Below are positions 58,336 to 64,000 of a stretch of 64,000 bases of DNA, piece by piece (the first letter of the stretch is position 1; every line of letters starts with the position of its first letter). This stretch comes from Minisyncoccia bacterium (GTDB lineage: Bacteria; Patescibacteriota; Minisyncoccia; SW-4-49-11): assembly GCA_044341565.1 (NCBI GenBank), contig JBIIRM010000001.1, positions 1,159 through 65,158 of the forward strand, read 5' to 3'. The translations under genes were made by a program, and so were the position numbers. The notes under the pieces are model-generated. The model was not told the DNA's origin and made no database searches. It worked only from the letters and a program-made list of their open reading frames with translations.

Positions 58336-60837
58336 ATGTATAATCATAGAACTATTGAACAAAAATGGATACAGCGCTGGACTGAGGGCTTTGTAGATTA
58401 TACGGCTAATAATTCTTCAAATAAAGAAAGTAAATATATTTTGGTAGAATTTCCTTTTCCATCGGGGGCTGGGCTTCATGTCGGGCATATTCGTAGCTAT
58501 GTAGCTCAGGATATCAAGGCTCGAATGTATCGAATGCAGCGACAAAATGTACTTTATCCTTTAGGTTGGGATGCTTTTGGGCTTCCAACAGAAAATTATG
58601 CTATTCAAAATAATATATCTCCTATTATTGCAACGGAGAATAATATCAATATCTTCAAAAAACAATTAGCACTATTAGGTTTATCTTTTGATTGGAGTCG
58701 TGAAATTAATACTACAGACCCGCAATATTATCGTTGGACACAATGGATATGGCTACAAATGTATAAATCTGGACTTGCTTATCAGGCCACAACACAAGTA
58801 TGGTATTGTGAAGAATTAAAAACGGTTTTAGCCAATGAAGAAGTTATTGATGGAAAATCAGAACGTGGGGGATATCCCTGTGAGAGAGTATCATTAACAC
58901 AATGGATGCTTGCCATCACCAAATATGCAGATAGATTAGATAAAGATTTAGAAACGGTTGAGTATTTACCCGTTATCAAAACGCAACAGAGAAATTGGAT
59001 TGGGCGTAGTGAAGGAGCAGAACTTACATTTCAAGTTGAGGGACATACTGAGTCAATACAGGTATTTACTACTCGAATAGATACTCTATTTGGTGTCACC
59101 TTTTTGGTATTAGCTCCAGAACACCCACTTATTGATACTATTGTAAAAGAAGAATATAAGGAAGCAATACAATCATATCAGAAGCAAACGAAATCAAAAA
59201 GTGATTTAGATCGACAACAAGAAAAAGAAAAAACTGGGGTATTTACCAGAGCCTATGCCATACATCCATTAACAGGGAAACAAATTCCTATTTGGACAGC
59301 AGATTATGTATTAATGGGCTATGGAACGGGAGCTGTAATGGCGGTACCTGCTCATGATGAGAGAGATAGAGAATTTGCTGAGAAATATAATTTAGCAATT
59401 ATCAATGTTATTACAGAGGATAATACTTTAGAGAACTCTGATTCGTATAACGGATTATCAACATTAGAAGCTAAACAAAAGCTAATACAAGAATTAGAGT
59501 TTAAGAATCTAGGTCATCAGAAAATCCAATATAAACTTCGTGATTGGGTATTCTCACGTCAGCGCTATTGGGGAGAGCCATTTCCTATTGTGTGGATTAG
59601 TGAGCAGTCTTATGGACAAATATCAGGTGAAATTACCGGGTTTCTGCCAGCAAATCCCGTAACTCGACAAAAAAATAATAATACTGAATATGCGGTACCA
59701 ATTCTTCCAGCAGAATTACCACTTGAATTACCAGAAGTAGAATCATATATACCTCAGGGCCAAGGAGAGGGGCCATTAGCATTGGCAAAAGATTGGGTTC
59801 AAATTTGGTATCATATCACCACAGGGAAAACTCTTCCTCGTAGCCAGGCTAAACCCGATGAGAATTGGGTAGAAGGAGTTAGAGAAACAGATACTATGCC
59901 TAATTGGGCAGGGAGCTCTTGGTATTATCTAAGATATGCTGATGCTCATAATACTCGGGAATTAGCAAGTAAAGCTGCTTTAGAGCAATGGTTACCGGTG
60001 GATATATATAATGGGGGTATGGAGCATGTGACCTTACATCTGTTATATTCACGATTTTGGCATAAATTCCTCTATGATATTGGAGTAGTTCCAACAATAG
60101 AACCATATCAAAAGCGCATTATGCATGGCATGATTTTGGCTGAAGGAGGTATTAAGATGTCCAAATCTAAAGGTAACACGATTGATCCCATTGAAATGGT
60201 AGAATCATTTGGAGCAGATTCTTTGAGAATTTATGAGATGTTTATGGGGCCTTATGATGAGGCAATTGCTTGGGATACAAGTGGGCTTATTGGATGTAGT
60301 AGATTTTTGAAGCGGGTATATCAATGGATTACTGATATACAATCTCAAAAATCAGATAAAGCTATAGATACTGCAAAGTTAGATTATGATACCCATTCAT
60401 TAATACGTAAAATTACTGAGGATATAGAGAATCAAAAATATAATACTTGTATTAGTAGTTTAATGGAATATCTTAATACATATATTTCTAAGGATATTGG
60501 CAAGGATTATATTAAGATATATATTACTCTTTTAGCCCCCTTTGCTCCCCATTTAACTGAAGAATTATGGGAAATAGTAGGTGAGACAGAATCTGTACAT
60601 AAAACAATATGGCCACAATTTGATGAATCAAAATTAATTCAGACAGAGGTAGATTATCAAATTCATATTAATGGAAAAATGCGAGATATTATTAGGGTTA
60701 ATGCGGGACTAGATAATGAGGCTATTACACAAAAAGCTTTAGAGTTAGATAAAGTAAATACCATTATCACCGATACAAATAGTATTAAGAAAATTATTGT
60801 CAATCAGGATAAAAGAATAGTAATTATTGTCTATTGA
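58336..60837 (+). CDS. leuS: Leucine--tRNA ligase
   Basis: HVGH, SRQRYWG, KMSKS and FAPH motifs. Confidence 0.97.
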   Translation: MYNHRTIEQKWIQRWTEGFVDYTANNSSNKESKYILVEFPFPSGAGLHVGHIRSYVAQDIKARMYRMQRQNVLYPLGWDAFGLPTENYAIQNNISPIIATENNINIFKKQLALLGLSFDWSREINTTDPQYYRWTQWIWLQMYKSGLAYQATTQVWYCEELKTVLANEEVIDGKSERGGYPCERVSLTQWMLAITKYADRLDKDLETVEYLPVIKTQQRNWIGRSEGAELTFQVEGHTESIQVFTTRIDTLFGVTFLVLAPEHPLIDTIVKEEYKEAIQSYQKQTKSKSDLDRQQEKEKTGVFTRAYAIHPLTGKQIPIWTADYVLMGYGTGAVMAVPAHDERDREFAEKYNLAIINVITEDNTLENSDSYNGLSTLEAKQKLIQELEFKNLGHQKIQYKLRDWVFSRQRYWGEPFPIVWISEQSYGQISGEITGFLPANPVTRQKNNNTEYAVPILPAELPLELPEVESYIPQGQGEGPLALAKDWVQIWYHITTGKTLPRSQAKPDENWVEGVRETDTMPNWAGSSWYYLRYADAHNTRELASKAALEQWLPVDIYNGGMEHVTLHLLYSRFWHKFLYDIGVVPTIEPYQKRIMHGMILAEGGIKMSKSKGNTIDPIEMVESFGADSLRIYEMFMGPYDEAIAWDTSGLIGCSRFLKRVYQWITDIQSQKSDKAIDTAKLDYDTHSLIRKITEDIENQKYNTCISSLMEYLNTYISKDIGKDYIKIYITLLAPFAPHLTEELWEIVGETESVHKTIWPQFDESKLIQTEVDYQIHINGKMRDIIRVNAGLDNEAITQKALELDKVNTIITDTNSIKKIIVNQDKRIVIIVY

Positions 60838-60890
60838 GAAAAGCTATTCTTTGTGATAGTATAGATATATAGTAAACTAATAAACAAATA

Positions 60891-62273
60891 ATGGTCAGTA
60901 TTCAATTTTGTGGTGGAGCCGGTTCAGTTACGGGAGCTAATTATGTTATTGATAATGGAAAAATACGCTTTGTTGTAGACTGTGGATTAGTGCAGGGAAG
61001 CTCTGAGGCTGATGAAATAAACTATAAGCCCTTTGTGTATGATCCAAAGAGTATATCTTTTATGATATCTACACATACCCATATTGATCATATTGGACGA
61101 ATTCCTAAATTTGTGAAAGATGGATTTAGTGGGGAAATCTATTCTACTTATCCTACTCAAGAATTTGCAGAAATATCCCTAAGGGATACGGTGTCTATTA
61201 TGGAGCATGATCATAGTCAATTACCTCTTTTTGCTGAAGAAGATGTAGATAAGGCTATCGCTCAATGGCGGGGTAAGGAATATCATGAAATTTATGAAAT
61301 TGATGAGAATATATCTTTTCGTTTTCAAGATGCGGGACATATTTTAGGTTCAGCTATTAGTGAGATCTGGGTATTAGATCCTGAAATAGGTAAGCGTATC
61401 AAATTAGTATTCTCAGGGGATTTAGGAAATGTTCCATCAGTATTACTTCGCAAATACGATTATATTGAAGAGGCAGATTATGTAATAGTAGAGTCTTGTT
61501 ATGGGGACAGAGTTCATCAAAAATTAGCTGAGAGAAAAGAAATATTAAAACAGGCTATCAAAGATACCATCGACCGAAAGGCTGTATTAGTTATACCAAC
61601 TTTTTCTATTGAGCGTACACAGGATATTTTGTATGAGCTTAATGATATTGTAGAGAATCATTCAGGAGAAGGGCTTCCTCAAGGAAGAGTAGGTCGTATA
61701 GACGTATATTTAGATTCTCCTCTGGCTATTAAAGCGACTAGAATTCATGCTAAATATACTCAATATTATAATCAGGAAGCGAAGCAATTAGCTAAAACTG
61801 ATGAGATTTTTGAGTTTCCTTTTTTAACTATGACGGAACATAGAGAAGATTCTATGAAAATTAATAGTCAACCTCAGCCCAAAATGATTATGGCAGGATC
61901 TGGTATGTCTACAGGGGGAAGAGTTCTTTATCATGAAGAGCGATATTTGTCTGACCCAAATAATATTATTCTATTTGTAGGATATCAGGCTCCTCGTACA
62001 TTAGGAAGGCGTATTTTAGAGGGTGAGAGTCCCGTATACATACATAATCATCCAGTTGACAATAAAATAGAGGTGAGAAGGGTAGAGGGATATTCTGCTC
62101 ATGCGGATAAAGAAATGCTACTTGATTGGCTATCTCATATTAAGCAAACTAAAAATATATTTGTAGTACAGGGGGAGCAGGAAGCTTCTGAATCTTTAGC
62201 TAATGCCATAAAAGATACACTTCATATTACAGCCGAAGTCCCCGAGGAAAACCAAGTAATTATATTAAGCTAA
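60891..62273 (+). CDS. MBL-fold beta-CASP ribonuclease
   Basis: THTHIDH, AGHILGS, FSGDLG and YSAHAD motifs. Confidence 0.92.
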   Translation: MVSIQFCGGAGSVTGANYVIDNGKIRFVVDCGLVQGSSEADEINYKPFVYDPKSISFMISTHTHIDHIGRIPKFVKDGFSGEIYSTYPTQEFAEISLRDTVSIMEHDHSQLPLFAEEDVDKAIAQWRGKEYHEIYEIDENISFRFQDAGHILGSAISEIWVLDPEIGKRIKLVFSGDLGNVPSVLLRKYDYIEEADYVIVESCYGDRVHQKLAERKEILKQAIKDTIDRKAVLVIPTFSIERTQDILYELNDIVENHSGEGLPQGRVGRIDVYLDSPLAIKATRIHAKYTQYYNQEAKQLAKTDEIFEFPFLTMTEHREDSMKINSQPQPKMIMAGSGMSTGGRVLYHEERYLSDPNNIILFVGYQAPRTLGRRILEGESPVYIHNHPVDNKIEVRRVEGYSAHADKEMLLDWLSHIKQTKNIFVVQGEQEASESLANAIKDTLHITAEVPEENQVIILS

Positions 62274-62278
62274 AAGAT

Positions 62279-64000
62279 ATGCAAGAATTATTTTATCCTG
62301 AAAGCATAGCAATTATCGGGGCTTCTAGACATAAGGCTAAAATTGGTTCGGTTATTTTTCATAATATTTTAAAAAGTAATTATAAGGGAGACATTTTTTT
62401 AGTAAATCCTTCAGCAAGAAAAATTGAAGGGTATCCAGTATATCAGGATACTAATCAATTACCCCAAGGAATACAAGTCGGAATAGTTATATTACCAGCT
62501 ACTCTTGTACTTGAATCAGTAGAGGAGCTTGGTAAAAAAGGAGTAAAATATATTATTATTATCTCAGCAGGATTTAAAGAATCTGGAGTAGAAGGACGGG
62601 CCCGTGAAAAGCAATTAGCAAAATTAATACAGATATATAATATTCGTATTGTAGGTCCAAATTGTCTTGGAATTATTAATAATGATTCCAATCAATATGC
62701 ATATAATGGATCATTTGGATTATTATCAGTAAAATCAGGTAATATTTCTCTTATTTCACAATCAGGAGCTCTTATATCTGCTTTTATTAATAGAGCAGAT
62801 GCATTAGGAATAGGATTTAATAAAATTGTGAGCCTTGGAAATAAATTAGATATTAATGAAGTTGAGATTATACAATATCTAGAAAAAGATACTAAAACTG
62901 AAGTGATTAGTTTGTATTTAGAAGGTATAGCACATTCCCAAGAATTTATTCAGACAATTAAGAATGCTAAAAAGCCAATTATTATCCTGAAAGCTGGTAA
63001 ATCTACTAAAGCAAAAAAGACTATACAATCACATACTGGGTCTCTGGCTGGAGATGAAATTGTAATAGAAACATTATTACAAGAAGCAGGAGCAATTATT
63101 GTTAATACCTTAGAAGAATTATTTGATACTGTTCAATTATTTTCTCGATTTCAACATGTATCTCGGCATGGACTTGCAATTGTTACCAATGCAGGGGGGC
63201 TTGGCGTCTTATCTATAGATGCAGTGTCAGTACATAATGTGAAATTAACCAAAATTGAACCAAAAGCTGTGAGTCGTTTGCAAAAAATATTACCCTCAGC
63301 TGCCAGTACCGCCAATCCAGTAGATATATTAGGAGATGCTGATGATATTCGCTATCGTGAAACATTACAAGTTTTGGTAAAAGAAAAATCAGTAGGAGCT
63401 ATTATTATCTTAATTACTCCACAGGTAATGACACCTTTATCAGCCATCGGAAGAGTTATTGCTGATATCAGTAAAAAAAATCCTCATAAGCCTATTATTA
63501 CCAGTATTGTTGCAGGTAATCTTACAGAACAGGTAATAAAAGAAATTCCTCATTTACCATATTTTGAAAGTCCAGAAAGAGCTATAGCTGCAGTATCAAA
63601 ATTATATAATTGGAATCATATTGCTCGTAATGCAAAATTATGGGATGCTCCTACGAGCTATGTCAAGAAAGCTGCAATTCAAGATATTAATGACTCTTTG
63701 GCTCAAGATAAAGAAAAAGGACTTATTAGTGCTTCTTGGGATACGGTGAATTTAATTGCAAAAGAATTGTCTTTGGAGTTACCAAAAACATTATCATTAC
63801 ATGATAATAAAGATATTCAAAAAATTGAAAAATATTTACAATATCCTTTAGTATTAAAAGATGTGAATCCTAATATATTACATCGTACTGATGCAGGGCT
63901 TGTAAAGGTGGGGATTAATAGTTTAGATGAAGTAAAAGCATTTTATCATAAACATAAAAAGGGAATTATTATTGCACAAGAGCAAGCTCATAAGGGCATA
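62279..64000 (+). CDS. Acetate--CoA ligase (ADP-forming) family, 3'-truncated by the window edge
   Basis: Translated from ATG 62279: MQELFYPESIAIIGAS...ISAGFKE...GPNCLG...SQSGA...SHTGSLAG...TNAGG...NPVDILGDA. Absent from the ORF track because no stop falls in the window. Confidence 0.93.
   Translation, partial: MQELFYPESIAIIGASRHKAKIGSVIFHNILKSNYKGDIFLVNPSARKIEGYPVYQDTNQLPQGIQVGIVILPATLVLESVEELGKKGVKYIIIISAGFKESGVEGRAREKQLAKLIQIYNIRIVGPNCLGIINNDSNQYAYNGSFGLLSVKSGNISLISQSGALISAFINRADALGIGFNKIVSLGNKLDINEVEIIQYLEKDTKTEVISLYLEGIAHSQEFIQTIKNAKKPIIILKAGKSTKAKKTIQSHTGSLAGDEIVIETLLQEAGAIIVNTLEELFDTVQLFSRFQHVSRHGLAIVTNAGGLGVLSIDAVSVHNVKLTKIEPKAVSRLQKILPSAASTANPVDILGDADDIRYRETLQVLVKEKSVGAIIILITPQVMTPLSAIGRVIADISKKNPHKPIITSIVAGNLTEQVIKEIPHLPYFESPERAIAAVSKLYNWNHIARNAKLWDAPTSYVKKAAIQDINDSLAQDKEKGLISASWDTVNLIAKELSLELPKTLSLHDNKDIQKIEKYLQYPLVLKDVNPNILHRTDAGLVKVGINSLDEVKAFYHKHKKGIIIAQEQAHKGI

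Noticed and set aside
61660-61695. Short insert with CTTCC/GGAAG hairpin in the beta-CASP RNase as a repeat insertion
   Set aside because: It is only a 5-bp stem with no second copy seen.
1-64000. Alternative genetic code (TGA=Gly as in Gracilibacteria, or TAG recoding)
   Set aside because: TGA ends full-length genes at ATGA overlaps (2088-2091, 4713-4716, 47365-47368, 48480-48483), and TAG ends recA and other genes at the expected lengths.

Overview
An AT-rich (~30% GC by eye) bacterial chromosome segment in genetic code 11. Its features fit a Patescibacteria/CPR genome (inference): compact operons, few Shine-Dalgarno sites, short Pgk and ProS, a tandem-domain PilB/GspE and an ADP-forming acetate-CoA ligase. 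Contents in order: a surface-glycosylation cluster (frameshifted fcl, GT4/GT2 enzymes, methyltransferase, two large GT-C-like membrane proteins, DPM1-like GT, flippase, DUF368); a YadG/H-type ABC pair; a CooC-like ATPase; a Rossmann enzyme next to a 7TM histidine kinase; a P-type ATPase; an amber-interrupted TMEM175 channel; a complete V/A-type ATPase operon with a Na+-type c subunit; CCA-adding enzyme and tRNA-Thr(CGT); and core genes (cysS, VanW, FemABX, PfkB, tsaE, pgk, LCP, S41 protease, proS, RppH-like, polyprenyl synthase and phytoene synthase, recA, two gpmA copies, leuS, beta-CASP RNase). The most unusual signal is a set of mostly orphan genes placed between core operons (10.8-12.9, 16.9-17.5, 18.4-19.0 and 36.6-37.7 kb). 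Each has its own terminator and all but the 18.5-kb gene have a recognisable sigma70 promoter. Two of them (12328-12516, 37068-37631) are GC-rich and tiled with back-to-back short hairpins, and a third (18476-18934) shows this more weakly. Two other unrelated genes share a 15-nt leader, and several have the stop codon in the terminator loop. No CRISPR array, transposase, integrase or rRNA was seen. All family calls come from motif recognition, not database searches.
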